Source: an uncultured Clostridia bacterium (lineage in GTDB: Bacteria; Bacillota; Clostridia; Christensenellales; Pumilibacteraceae). From it: a stretch of 64,000 nt of DNA. Location of the stretch: contig CAKQDN010000001.1 in the NCBI GenBank assembly GCA_934229275.1, positions 11,596-75,595 of the forward strand, written 5' to 3'. The translations under genes were made by a program, and so were the position numbers. The notes below the pieces were generated by a model, which had not been told where the DNA came from, searched no databases, and saw only the letters and a list, made by a program, of their open reading frames with translations. Shown piece by piece: positions 18,011 through 26,958 of this stretch (its first letter is position 1; each line of letters starts with the position of its first letter).

Positions 18011-19471
18011 ATGAAAGAACAAGGTAAATTTGATAAAATAATCGAAATTAAAAACGTTACCAAAGTGTTCGAGGACGGCGTTACCGTACTCGACGATATC
18101 AACTTGTCGATAAAACGCGGTCAGTTCGTTACTCTTTTAGGACCCAGCGGCTGCGGCAAGACTACTCTTCTTCGCATGATCGCAGGCTTCACCATGCCCA
18201 CGAGCGGCGAAATTTTCATCGAAAATCAGCCGATAACCGGCGTTCCGCCCTATAAACGCCCGGTAAACACCGTATTCCAGAAATACGCGCTTTTTCCGCA
18301 TCTCAGCGTCTTTAAAAACATCGCGTACGGCTTGAAACTCAAAACGATCGACGATCCGAACGCCAAAGGCGGCAAGAGAAAACTCACCAAGTCAGAGATA
18401 AACGAAAAAGTCAATCACGCGCTGAAACTCGTTAACCTCGAAGACTACGGTCACAGAAACGTAACCAGTCTTTCGGGCGGTCAGCAGCAGCGTGTCGCAA
18501 TCGCACGCGCGATAGTGTGCGAGCCGAAAGTGCTGCTCCTCGACGAGCCTTTGGGTGCGCTCGACCTCAAAATGCGCAAGGAAATGCAACTCGAACTTAA
18601 AAGCATGCACGAAAATCTCGGCATAACTTTCATATACGTCACTCACGATCAGGAAGAAGCGCTCACCATGTCCGACGTCGTCGTGGTAATGAACGACGGC
18701 GTAATTCAGCAGATCGCGCCGCCCAAAAAGATTTACGACGAGCCTGCAAACGCATTCGTTGCCAATTTCATCGGCGAGAGCAACATTCTCTCGGGCATTA
18801 TGGAAAAGGACTTTACGATAAACTTCCTCGGACAGAGCATCGAGTGCGTGGACAAGGGCTTCCAGAAAAACGAACAGGTGGATATCGTCATCCGCCCGGA
18901 GGACATTAAAATCTATCCCGAAAACGCCGAAAAAGGGCAGTTTGCAGGCACCGTTCTTCAAACCGTGTTCAAAGGCACCTACTACGAAATGGAAGTGGAG
19001 TGCTCCGGCTACGAGTTCACCGTTCAGAACACGAAAGAATTCCTGCCCGGTCAGAACGTGCGGCTCGGAATCGCGCCCGACAGTATTCATATAATGAAAA
19101 AACTGCGCACGATAAACGAATTCGAGGGCGAAATATCCGACGAAGAGAACGTGTGGTTCTGCGAAGCCGACTTCCCCGTCGCAAGCACGCAGGGCTTCGA
19201 AAAGAAGGACAAGGTAAAAGTACTCGTCCCCTTCGACGCCGTGGAACTTACCGACTACGAGGACGACGGCACGATAGGCGGCAACGTCGCGCAAACGCTG
19301 TATAAAGGAACTTACTATCAGGTGCAGGTGTACACCGATACCGACGAGGACTTCTACGTCGATACGTCCGACGAATGGGACATCGGCGACCGCGTGGGCA
19401 TCAAGGTAGATCCGAACAAAATAGTTTTGCAGCCTGCCGAGGAGGAAGAAGATGAAGAAGAGAAGAACTAG
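18011..19471 (+). CDS. potA: spermidine/putrescine ABC transporter ATP-binding protein PotA with tandem C-terminal TOBE-like domains and acidic tail
   Basis: Walker A GPSGCGKTT, LSGGQQQRVAIARA, Walker B LLLDEPLGALD. AGGAGA RBS before ATG 18011. About 120 aa longer than typical PotA, ending EEEEDEEEKN. Confidence 0.85.
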   Translation: MKEQGKFDKIIEIKNVTKVFEDGVTVLDDINLSIKRGQFVTLLGPSGCGKTTLLRMIAGFTMPTSGEIFIENQPITGVPPYKRPVNTVFQKYALFPHLSVFKNIAYGLKLKTIDDPNAKGGKRKLTKSEINEKVNHALKLVNLEDYGHRNVTSLSGGQQQRVAIARAIVCEPKVLLLDEPLGALDLKMRKEMQLELKSMHENLGITFIYVTHDQEEALTMSDVVVVMNDGVIQQIAPPKKIYDEPANAFVANFIGESNILSGIMEKDFTINFLGQSIECVDKGFQKNEQVDIVIRPEDIKIYPENAEKGQFAGTVLQTVFKGTYYEMEVECSGYEFTVQNTKEFLPGQNVRLGIAPDSIHIMKKLRTINEFEGEISDEENVWFCEADFPVASTQGFEKKDKVKVLVPFDAVELTDYEDDGTIGGNVAQTLYKGTYYQVQVYTDTDEDFYVDTSDEWDIGDRVGIKVDPNKIVLQPAEEEEDEEEKN

Positions 19472-20342
19472 TTTCTTTAAGCCCGGTCTGTTCGCCGCGC
19501 CCTACATCGTCATCTGCCTGATTTTCGTTGTTCTGCCGCTTATTCTCGTACTCGTGTACGCGTTTATAGGCTCGGACGGCAGTTTCACGCTCGATAACTT
19601 CAAGCGCGTGTTCGTCGGTCAGGAGCAGACCATATACGGAATCGTAAACGAAAACGGAACCATGCAGAACGGCAGTTTCACCGTCACCATTCCCAGCGGC
19701 AACCTCGAATTGCTGTTAAAAACTCTCGGAATAGCCGCGCTTACGACGGTCGTGTGCCTTCTCATCGCTTACCCCGTCGCGCTCGTTCTTGCTTCGGCAC
19801 CGTTTAACAAATACTTCGTTTTGTCGCTGCTGTTCATCATCCCCATGTGGATGAACTTCGTGCTGCGTATCATCGCGCTCAAATCGCTTTTGTACGTTCT
19901 CGGCATATCCGAAGGCTTGTTCTCCGTGATAGTCGGTATGGTGTACGACTTCCTGCCGTTCATGATGCTGCCGATATACACCGTGCTCACCGAAATAGAC
20001 AAAAGTTATTTCGAAGCGTCTGCCGACCTCGGAGCAAACAAATTCACGACCTTTTTCAAAGTCACGCTGCCGCTCTCGGCAGGCGGAATCATGAGCGGAA
20101 TCACCATGGTGTTCATGCCGGTGTTCAGCGCGTACGCGATAACCAATATGCTGGGCGACAGTTCCACGACCGTAATAGGTAACAAAATAAACCCGCTGTT
20201 CGGACTTTCGAGTTCGTGGGGCGTGGGATCGGCTCTGTCGTTCATGTTGCTGCTTTTAGTGCTGCTCACCATGTTTTTAAGCAGCCTCATCGGCAAAAAG
20301 ACGCAAAAAACAAGCAGTGCCGCAAAGGGAGGTAAAGCGTAA
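19452..20342 (+). CDS. potB: spermidine/putrescine ABC transporter permease PotB
   Basis: 6 TM segments, EAA motif region (EASADLGANKFTTFFKVTLP). Confidence 0.8.
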   Translation: MKKRRTSFFKPGLFAAPYIVICLIFVVLPLILVLVYAFIGSDGSFTLDNFKRVFVGQEQTIYGIVNENGTMQNGSFTVTIPSGNLELLLKTLGIAALTTVVCLLIAYPVALVLASAPFNKYFVLSLLFIIPMWMNFVLRIIALKSLLYVLGISEGLFSVIVGMVYDFLPFMMLPIYTVLTEIDKSYFEASADLGANKFTTFFKVTLPLSAGGIMSGITMVFMPVFSAYAITNMLGDSSTTVIGNKINPLFGLSSSWGVGSALSFMLLLLVLLTMFLSSLIGKKTQKTSSAAKGGKA

Positions 20343-21172
20343 TGAACAGGAAACTTTCGGTTTTTTTGCGCTGGGTATTCCTTATCGTAGTGCTTGTCGC
20401 GATCTACGCTCCCATCGCTCTTATAGTTTTGTATTCGTTCTCGTCCGAAAAGGATATCGGCGGAGCAAACGGCTTCGGTTCGTTCACTTTCTCGTGGTAT
20501 ACCAAACTGTTCGAAAACGAAGAGATAATGTCGGCGATGCTCAACACGCTGATTATAGGTCTGGTTTCCGCAACGCTCGCAACCGTTATCGGAACGCTCA
20601 CCGCCGTCGGTCTGCACTACATGACCAAGGGTAAAAAGTTTATAAACTTCATGAGCGAAATAACCGTCGTCAACGCCGAAATAGTCACGGCGGTCGGATT
20701 CTTCCTGCTGTCCATATTCCTGACCAACGTCATCGGGTTGCACGTCGAAAAAGGTCTGTTCTGGCTTATAATCGCCCACACCGTTATAACCACGCCGTAC
20801 GTCATATTAAACGTATCGCCGCGGCTTAACCAACTCAACCCCAATCTCTACGAAGCAGGTATGGATTTGGGAGCAGGACCCGTGCGCAGCCTCGTCACCG
20901 TCATACTTCCGCAACTCGTCGGAGCCATGATTTCGGGATTCGCACTCGCGTTTACGTTGTCGCTCGACGATTTCGTCGTAACCAACCTCAATAAGGGCAG
21001 TAACGGCGTGAACACGATTTCCACGTACGTATACGCAAGTCTGCGCCGTAAACTCAATCCGTCCGTCCGCGCGCTCAGCACGATAATATTCGTAGCCGTG
21101 CTGATAGTGCTGATAGTCGTCAACATCGTCAAAAGCCGCAAAGCAAAAGCGGCGGAAAATACCAATCATTAA
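20342..21172 (+). CDS. potC: spermidine/putrescine ABC transporter permease PotC
   Basis: 6 TM segments, EAA loop (EAGMDLGAGPVRSLVTVILPQ); follows potB. Confidence 0.8.
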   Translation: MNRKLSVFLRWVFLIVVLVAIYAPIALIVLYSFSSEKDIGGANGFGSFTFSWYTKLFENEEIMSAMLNTLIIGLVSATLATVIGTLTAVGLHYMTKGKKFINFMSEITVVNAEIVTAVGFFLLSIFLTNVIGLHVEKGLFWLIIAHTVITTPYVILNVSPRLNQLNPNLYEAGMDLGAGPVRSLVTVILPQLVGAMISGFALAFTLSLDDFVVTNLNKGSNGVNTISTYVYASLRRKLNPSVRALSTIIFVAVLIVLIVVNIVKSRKAKAAENTNH

Positions 21173-21191
21173 ACCATAGGAGGCTATATCC

Positions 21192-22391
21192 ATGAAAAAG
21201 TTAATTTCGTTAATGCTTGCCGTCGTTATGACGGTTCCCATGCTGTCTTTTGCCGCTTGCTCGAAAGGCAACCGCGAAGAGCAACTCAAAATGTACGTTC
21301 CCGGCGAATATATCGACAGCGAAATATTCGAAGGTTTCGAACAGTGGTATAAGGAAAAAACCGGTAAAACCGTAAAAGTGGTCGCTCCGTCCACGTTCGA
21401 CGCGGTCGAAGAAATCATGACCGCGGTCGAAAAAGACCATGCCGACTACGATCTGCTTCTGCCGTCCGACTACGCAGTCGAGCAACTCATCAAAAAAGAC
21501 CTTCTCGTAAAGGTGGATAAACAGCGCGTAAACGTCGCCGAAGTTTTCCGCTCCGAATACGTCGAACGCGCAAAAATCTCCGACCCGACGCTCGAATACT
21601 CCGTACCCTATATGTACGGTACGTTCGGACTTATGTACGACTATTCCAAAACGGGTAAACATCTCGACAGTTGGGAAGCGCTCTACGGCAACGAATTCGC
21701 AGGTAAAAGCGCGAATAAAGACTCCCTGCGCGAAGCGATAACTTCCGCCGCTATCTGGAACAACGCGTCCGAACTTACCAAAGACAATCCTTACGACAAC
21801 AAGAAAATTCAGTCGCTGTACGACAGACTTCCCGATACCTACACGTCGGCAATAAGCACGCTCGGCGCAACCAAGAAAAACTACCTGTGGGGCGGCGAAA
21901 GCATGAAGTTCGATATGGCTTCGGGCAACACCAAAGTGCAGGTCGCGCTCATGTGGTCGTGCGACGCCGGCTACATCATGAACGACTACGAGGACGATAA
22001 CGGAAACGAACATCACGGCAACAGGAACCTGTGGTACGTCGTTCCCAAGGAAGGCGGAAACATCTACCTCGACAACTTCGTCATCTCCAAGTACGGCAAG
22101 AATCAGGAAGCCGCTCAGTATTTCCTCGAATACATCTGCCAAAAGGATATCGCTATTCAAAACAGCGAATACGCAGGCGCGATCAGCCCCGTAAAAGCGG
22201 CTTACGACCAACTCTATGCCGATTATACCGCCGACGAAGGAATAGGCGAAGGCGCAGCGGAAGGCTGGAGAGAAATGTATCTCGACATGCTGTTCCCGTC
22301 CGCTGAAACGCTCGCTCGTTGCGGAACCATGCGTGATTTCGGCGACAGCGACGGCGCGATAAGCGAAGCGTGGAGCAACGTCCGCGGTTAA
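21192..22391 (+). CDS. potD: spermidine/putrescine-binding periplasmic lipoprotein PotD
   Basis: Signal peptide plus lipobox (SFAAC); SBP family 1 PotD/PotF-like length and composition; GGAGG RBS. Confidence 0.8.
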   Translation: MKKLISLMLAVVMTVPMLSFAACSKGNREEQLKMYVPGEYIDSEIFEGFEQWYKEKTGKTVKVVAPSTFDAVEEIMTAVEKDHADYDLLLPSDYAVEQLIKKDLLVKVDKQRVNVAEVFRSEYVERAKISDPTLEYSVPYMYGTFGLMYDYSKTGKHLDSWEALYGNEFAGKSANKDSLREAITSAAIWNNASELTKDNPYDNKKIQSLYDRLPDTYTSAISTLGATKKNYLWGGESMKFDMASGNTKVQVALMWSCDAGYIMNDYEDDNGNEHHGNRNLWYVVPKEGGNIYLDNFVISKYGKNQEAAQYFLEYICQKDIAIQNSEYAGAISPVKAAYDQLYADYTADEGIGEGAAEGWREMYLDMLFPSAETLARCGTMRDFGDSDGAISEAWSNVRG

Positions 22392-22457
22392 TCGTTATAA
22401 AGCGGCGTAAAGAGCAGAGGACGACCTCGTCCTGAATTTATCTAACTTTAATTTTTT

Positions 22458-24332
22458 ATGAATGACGCAACAATCAAAGAATTTTACTACGACGCCGTAG
22501 TGGTGGGCGCGGGACATGCCGGAATAGAGGCTGCTCTCGCGCTTGCCCGTACAGGAAACAACACGCTGGTGCTGTCCGTTTCGCTGGACAACGTCGGCTA
22601 TCTCGCGTGCAACCCCAGTATCGGCGGCACGGCAAAAGGTCACCTCGTGCGCGAGGTGGACGCTCTTGGCGGACAAATGGGCATAACCGCAGATAAAACG
22701 CTCACGCAACTGCGCATGCTCAATTCGTCCAAAGGTCCCGCCGTGTGGTCGCTCCGCGCGCAGGTGGATAAGTACGCCTACCACAACGAGATGAAACGCG
22801 TCCTCGAAACCACTCCCAATCTCACGCTCCGTCAGGGCGAGGCAAAGTCGCTCATCGTCGAAAACGGCACGGTAAAGGGCGTTAAAACGGTGTATAACCT
22901 GATTTACTACGCGCCCGTCGTCGTGCTTGCGTGCGGCGTGTACTTAAAGTCCACGATAATAGTCGGCGACGTGTTTTTAGACCGCGGACCCGTGTGCTTT
23001 GCTCGGGCAGAATATCTCTCCGACAACCTTCGGTCTCTGGGCCTGGAAGTGCGCCGATTTAAAACCGGAACGCCTGCCCGTATAGACGGTACCACGGTCG
23101 ATTATTCCGCGCTCGAAGTGCAGAAAGGCGAAAACGACATATACTCGTTCTCGGTGATGAGTAAAAAAGTAAACGCAACCAAAAGAGTGTGCTATCTCGG
23201 TTATACAAACCAAAAAACGCACGAAATAATAAGAAATAATATAAATCTCGCGCCCAAGTATGCCGGACTTATCGACGGCGTCGGACCGCGTTACTGCCCC
23301 TCCATCGAGGATAAGGTCGTGCGGTTTGCCGATAAGGAACGACATCAGTTTTTCCTCGAACCGGAAGGCGAAGGAACGGTGGAAGCGTACGTTCAGGGAA
23401 TTTCCACGTCGCTGCCGGCGTCCGTTCAGTACGATTTCTATCGCAGCATAAAGGGCTTCGAAAACGTTAAAATCATGCGCGACGCCTACGCGATAGAGTA
23501 CGACTGCATAAATCCGCTCGAACTGTATCCCACGCTCGAAACCAAGAAAATAAAGGGCTTGTTCTGCGCCGGTCAGATAAACGGCACCAGCGGCTACGAA
23601 GAAGCGGCGGCTCAGGGCATAATCGCCGGCATAAACGCTTCGCTCGAACTGCGCGGAAAAAAGCAGATAGTGCTTACCCGTGACAACAGTTACATCGGCG
23701 TTCTTATCGACGACCTCGTAACCGAAGGCACGCAGGAGCCGTACAGAATGATGACCTCGCGCGCGGAATTCCGTCTGTCGTTGCGACAGGACAACGCCGA
23801 TCTGCGCCTTACGGAAATCGGACGGGAAGTCGGACTCGTGGACGACAAACGCTATCGCAAACTGCTTAAAAAGAAGCGTGACCTCGCCGCGGCGGAAAAA
23901 ATTCTGGACACCGTCGTTCCTCCCAAAGCGTACGCGCCGCTGTTCGAAGAGGCAGGCGAGCCGATCGCGAAAACGGGTCTTAAGTACCGCGACATAATTA
24001 AGCGCCACAACGTCACGGCTTCGCTTTTCAACAAGCATTTCGACGTATTCAAGAAAATGTCGCCCGACGCTGAAAACTGCCTGTTCGTTTCGGTAAAATA
24101 CGACGGCTATCTCGCCCGAGCCGAAAAAGCGCGAGCGGAGCAAAAACGCCTCGAAAACACGCCGCTTTCGCCCGACATAAACTACATGAAAGTGGAAGGT
24201 TTGCGGCTCGAAGCGCGCGAAAAACTCAATAAAATCAAGCCGCTGTCCATCGGTCAGGCGGGAAGAATAAGCGGAGTTACGCCCTCGGACGTAAACGTTC
24301 TTATACTTGCAACGGCAAAACACCTCGTTTAA
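22458..24332 (+). CDS. mnmG: tRNA uridine 5-carboxymethylaminomethyl modification enzyme MnmG (GidA)
   Basis: 624 aa; FAD-binding N-terminus YDAVVVGAGHAGIEAALALARTG and full-length GidA architecture. Confidence 0.85.
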   Translation: MNDATIKEFYYDAVVVGAGHAGIEAALALARTGNNTLVLSVSLDNVGYLACNPSIGGTAKGHLVREVDALGGQMGITADKTLTQLRMLNSSKGPAVWSLRAQVDKYAYHNEMKRVLETTPNLTLRQGEAKSLIVENGTVKGVKTVYNLIYYAPVVVLACGVYLKSTIIVGDVFLDRGPVCFARAEYLSDNLRSLGLEVRRFKTGTPARIDGTTVDYSALEVQKGENDIYSFSVMSKKVNATKRVCYLGYTNQKTHEIIRNNINLAPKYAGLIDGVGPRYCPSIEDKVVRFADKERHQFFLEPEGEGTVEAYVQGISTSLPASVQYDFYRSIKGFENVKIMRDAYAIEYDCINPLELYPTLETKKIKGLFCAGQINGTSGYEEAAAQGIIAGINASLELRGKKQIVLTRDNSYIGVLIDDLVTEGTQEPYRMMTSRAEFRLSLRQDNADLRLTEIGREVGLVDDKRYRKLLKKKRDLAAAEKILDTVVPPKAYAPLFEEAGEPIAKTGLKYRDIIKRHNVTASLFNKHFDVFKKMSPDAENCLFVSVKYDGYLARAEKARAEQKRLENTPLSPDINYMKVEGLRLEAREKLNKIKPLSIGQAGRISGVTPSDVNVLILATAKHLV

Positions 24333-24397
24333 GGGGTGTTTTTTCTTATAAGCGTGATAAATATGTAAAAAACATGAAAATATTTTTGAAAAACCTA

Positions 24398-24426
24398 TTG
24401 ATTTTTGTAAAAAACTGTGTTATAAT
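24398..24426 (+). promoter_or_regulatory. sigma-A promoter of spoVG (TTGATT-N17-TGtTATAAT)
   Basis: TTGATT 24398-24403; extended -10 ending 24426. Confidence 0.55.
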
Positions 24427-24483
24427 ACTTAACGAAGCGGAAAAATCCGCAATGCTAAACTAAACAAGAAGGAATCAGGGGCA

Positions 24484-24762
24484 ATGAACATTACTGAAGT
24501 ACGCGTAAGACTGGTAAAAAAAGACGAAGGCAAACTCAAAGCGGTTGCAAGCATCACTATCGACGATTGTTTCGTCGTTCACGACGTGAAAATTCTGGAA
24601 GGCAACGACGATTTCTTTATCGCCATGCCCAGCAAAAAGACGCCCGACGGCGAATATAAGGACATAGTGCATCCGCTCAACACCGAAACTCGCGAACTTA
24701 TCAAAAACGCGGTTTTAACCGAATTCGAAAAAGTAAAAGCGGCAGCCGAATCGGAAGAATAA
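24484..24762 (+). CDS. spoVG: septation/sporulation protein SpoVG
   Basis: MNITEVRVRLVKK...AVASITIDDCFVVHDVKI is the canonical SpoVG sequence. Confidence 0.9.
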   Translation: MNITEVRVRLVKKDEGKLKAVASITIDDCFVVHDVKILEGNDDFFIAMPSKKTPDGEYKDIVHPLNTETRELIKNAVLTEFEKVKAAAESEE

Positions 24763-24849
24763 AATTCGTTTCGCAACGCGAATTACGTTATAGAGCTTAA
24801 AAACTTTTTTCTCCGCAAATGCATATAATTGTGTATGAAGCAACCTTTT

Positions 24850-26151
24850 ATGTGCAAAAAACTGCATTTTATCGGTGCAGGCGGAGTGAGTATGAGCGCG
24901 CTTAAAGACATAGCGGCGCGCTTCGGAGCAACCGTGAGCGGCTCGGACGTCAAGACGGGCGGTCACGACAAGAACAATATTACAGGCAAAGACCTCGTGG
25001 TGTATTCGGGCGCGATCCCGGACGACAACGAGGAATTGTCGTATGCGCGTAAACTCGGCGTTCCGACCATGGAACGGTCCGGGTTTTTGGCTTTAATTGC
25101 GGGATTTTTCGATAAAACCGTTGCAGTCGCAGGCTGCCACGGCAAGACCACGACCACCGCCATGCTGGGCGAAACGCTTGCCGTTTTTCATCCTACCGTG
25201 CATCTCGGCGGAGAGTATAAGTTCGGTTACGAGCCGGGCGAAAATCTGTTCGTCACCGAAGCGTGCGAGTACAGGCGCAGTTTTCTCGCTCTTAAGCCCG
25301 ACGTCGCGGTGATAACCAACATCGACTTCGACCACCCCGACACCTATCGGAACACGGACGAGGTTTTGCAGGCGTTTTCCGCGTTTATCCGAGGAAGCAG
25401 GAAAGTAATATACAACGGAGACGATCCGCTGCTTAAAAAAACGGTCGAAGGCGGCACGAGCGTGGGTTTCGGCAGCGATAACGACTACGTCGTGCGCGTT
25501 TTCGGCAATTCGTTCGATATGTATTACCGCGACGCGTATGCAGGCACTTTCTCGCCGCGCTTCGATCAGCCGTTCAATATCAAAAACGCCGCGTTGGCGA
25601 TCGCCGCGAGTTATTCGCTCGGCACATGTTACCGCGACGTCAAAGCGGGAATAGAGCGGTTCCGCGGAGTTGCAAGGCGTGGCGAAGTCGTGTGCCTGGC
25701 GCACGGCTGCACGGTTATATCCGACTATTCGCATCACCCTGCCGAGATTTCCGAGCGGATTCAGTCGCTTAAAAAGCAGTACGGAGCGGTCGCAGTTATT
25801 TTTCAGCCGCATACGTATTCCCGAACGATCGCGCTCTCAGGCAGGTTTTCCCGCGCGTTCTCGCTCGCCGACGAAACGGTGTTTACCGACACTTTTGCCG
25901 CCCGCGAGAAAAAAGGCGACGACCTTTATATCTACGACCTGTGCCGCGATCACTCCGTATGCTCGTTTGCTCATACGAACGAACTCCGTCCCGAGTACGA
26001 GCGGCTTACGAAAAAATATCCCTGCGTCGCGCTTATGGGAGCCGGCGACTTTCAGGCAAAACTGCTCGAAAAGCGGTCGGATAACGGTGAAATTATGCGA
26101 AAATCGGACGAAAAATCACCGGGGGAAGAAAAAAACGGTCAAATGGGTTGA
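24850..26151 (+). CDS. murC: UDP-N-acetylmuramate--L-alanine ligase MurC
   Basis: LHFIGAGGVSMSALK nucleotide-binding N-terminus, Mur ligase middle and C-terminal domains. Start ambiguous (TTG 24829, ATG 24835, ATG 24850); none has a good SD. C-terminal 25 aa is a non-conserved tail overlapping a downstream promoter. Confidence 0.8.
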   Translation: MCKKLHFIGAGGVSMSALKDIAARFGATVSGSDVKTGGHDKNNITGKDLVVYSGAIPDDNEELSYARKLGVPTMERSGFLALIAGFFDKTVAVAGCHGKTTTTAMLGETLAVFHPTVHLGGEYKFGYEPGENLFVTEACEYRRSFLALKPDVAVITNIDFDHPDTYRNTDEVLQAFSAFIRGSRKVIYNGDDPLLKKTVEGGTSVGFGSDNDYVVRVFGNSFDMYYRDAYAGTFSPRFDQPFNIKNAALAIAASYSLGTCYRDVKAGIERFRGVARRGEVVCLAHGCTVISDYSHHPAEISERIQSLKKQYGAVAVIFQPHTYSRTIALSGRFSRAFSLADETVFTDTFAAREKKGDDLYIYDLCRDHSVCSFAHTNELRPEYERLTKKYPCVALMGAGDFQAKLLEKRSDNGEIMRKSDEKSPGEEKNGQMG

Positions 26152-26176
26152 CAAAATCGCGCTCCTTTGGTAAAAT
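26148..26176 (+). promoter_or_regulatory. sigma-A promoter (TTGACA-N17-TAAAAT) inside the murC 3' end
   Basis: TTGACA 26148-26153, TAAAAT 26171-26176; serves the DUF1858-pth-mfd genes. Confidence 0.5.
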
Positions 26177-26221
26177 CAATAATGCCTGCGGAAAAAGTTT
26201 TTCGGGGCAAGGAGCATACTT

Positions 26222-26425
26222 ATGAACAAGATAAACAAAGATATGACCATCTACGAAGTTATTCAGATAAATCCCGCTCTTGCGGAAGTATTCACCTCTC
26301 TCGGCATGCACTGCGTCGGCTGCGCGATCGCTCACGGCGAAACGGTGGAAGAGGCTGCCGGCGTTCACGGAATCGACCTCGACCTCATGCTGGAAAAACT
26401 CAACGAAGCGGTTGACGCCGAATAA
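26222..26425 (+). CDS. DUF1858-domain small protein
   Basis: 67 aa with CVGCAIAHGETVEEAA motif typical of DUF1858; AAGGAG RBS. Confidence 0.55.
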   Translation: MNKINKDMTIYEVIQINPALAEVFTSLGMHCVGCAIAHGETVEEAAGVHGIDLDLMLEKLNEAVDAE

Positions 26426-26958
26426 TGAAAATAGTCGTAGGACTGGGCAATTTCGGCGATAAGTACGCCTACACTTTTCACAATATGGGTTTTCTCGCCG
26501 TCGAGTGCCTGTGCGACCGATTGGGCTGGAAGTTCGATAAAAAAGAATGCGACAGTCTGGTTGCCGTCGGCTTTATAAAGGGCGAAAAAACCGTGCTTGC
26601 CAAGCCGCTCACCTACATGAATCTTTCGGGCGTGGCGGTAAAGCAACTGCTTGCGAAAAACAAGGCGACGGAAAACGATCTCGTGGTGATTTACGACGAC
26701 ATCGACCTTCCCAAAGGCGCTCTCCGCGTGCGTGAAAAAGGCAGCGCCGGCACGCACAACGGTATGCGCAACATCATTGCCGAAATCAAAACCGAAAATT
26801 TCCGCCGCATACGGATCGGAACGGGCAGACCGCCCGAAAACGTTCCGCTTGCCGACTACGTTTTATCCGACGTACCCAAAGCCGAACGCCCTCTCATCGC
26901 CAAAGCCATCGAGAGCGCGGCGGACGAGGCGGAAAAGTTTATAGGCAATAAATCTTGA
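26425..26958 (+). CDS. pth: peptidyl-tRNA hydrolase
   Basis: MKIVVGLGNFGDKYAYTFHNMGF N-terminus and catalytic His region; 177 aa. Confidence 0.85.
   Translation: MKIVVGLGNFGDKYAYTFHNMGFLAVECLCDRLGWKFDKKECDSLVAVGFIKGEKTVLAKPLTYMNLSGVAVKQLLAKNKATENDLVVIYDDIDLPKGALRVREKGSAGTHNGMRNIIAEIKTENFRRIRIGTGRPPENVPLADYVLSDVPKAERPLIAKAIESAADEAEKFIGNKS

Noticed and set aside
22417-22436. Terminator after potD (GAGGACGACCTCGTCCTG)
   Set aside because: Stem would have a 2-nt loop and the downstream T-run is interrupted; weak evidence, so not listed as a feature.
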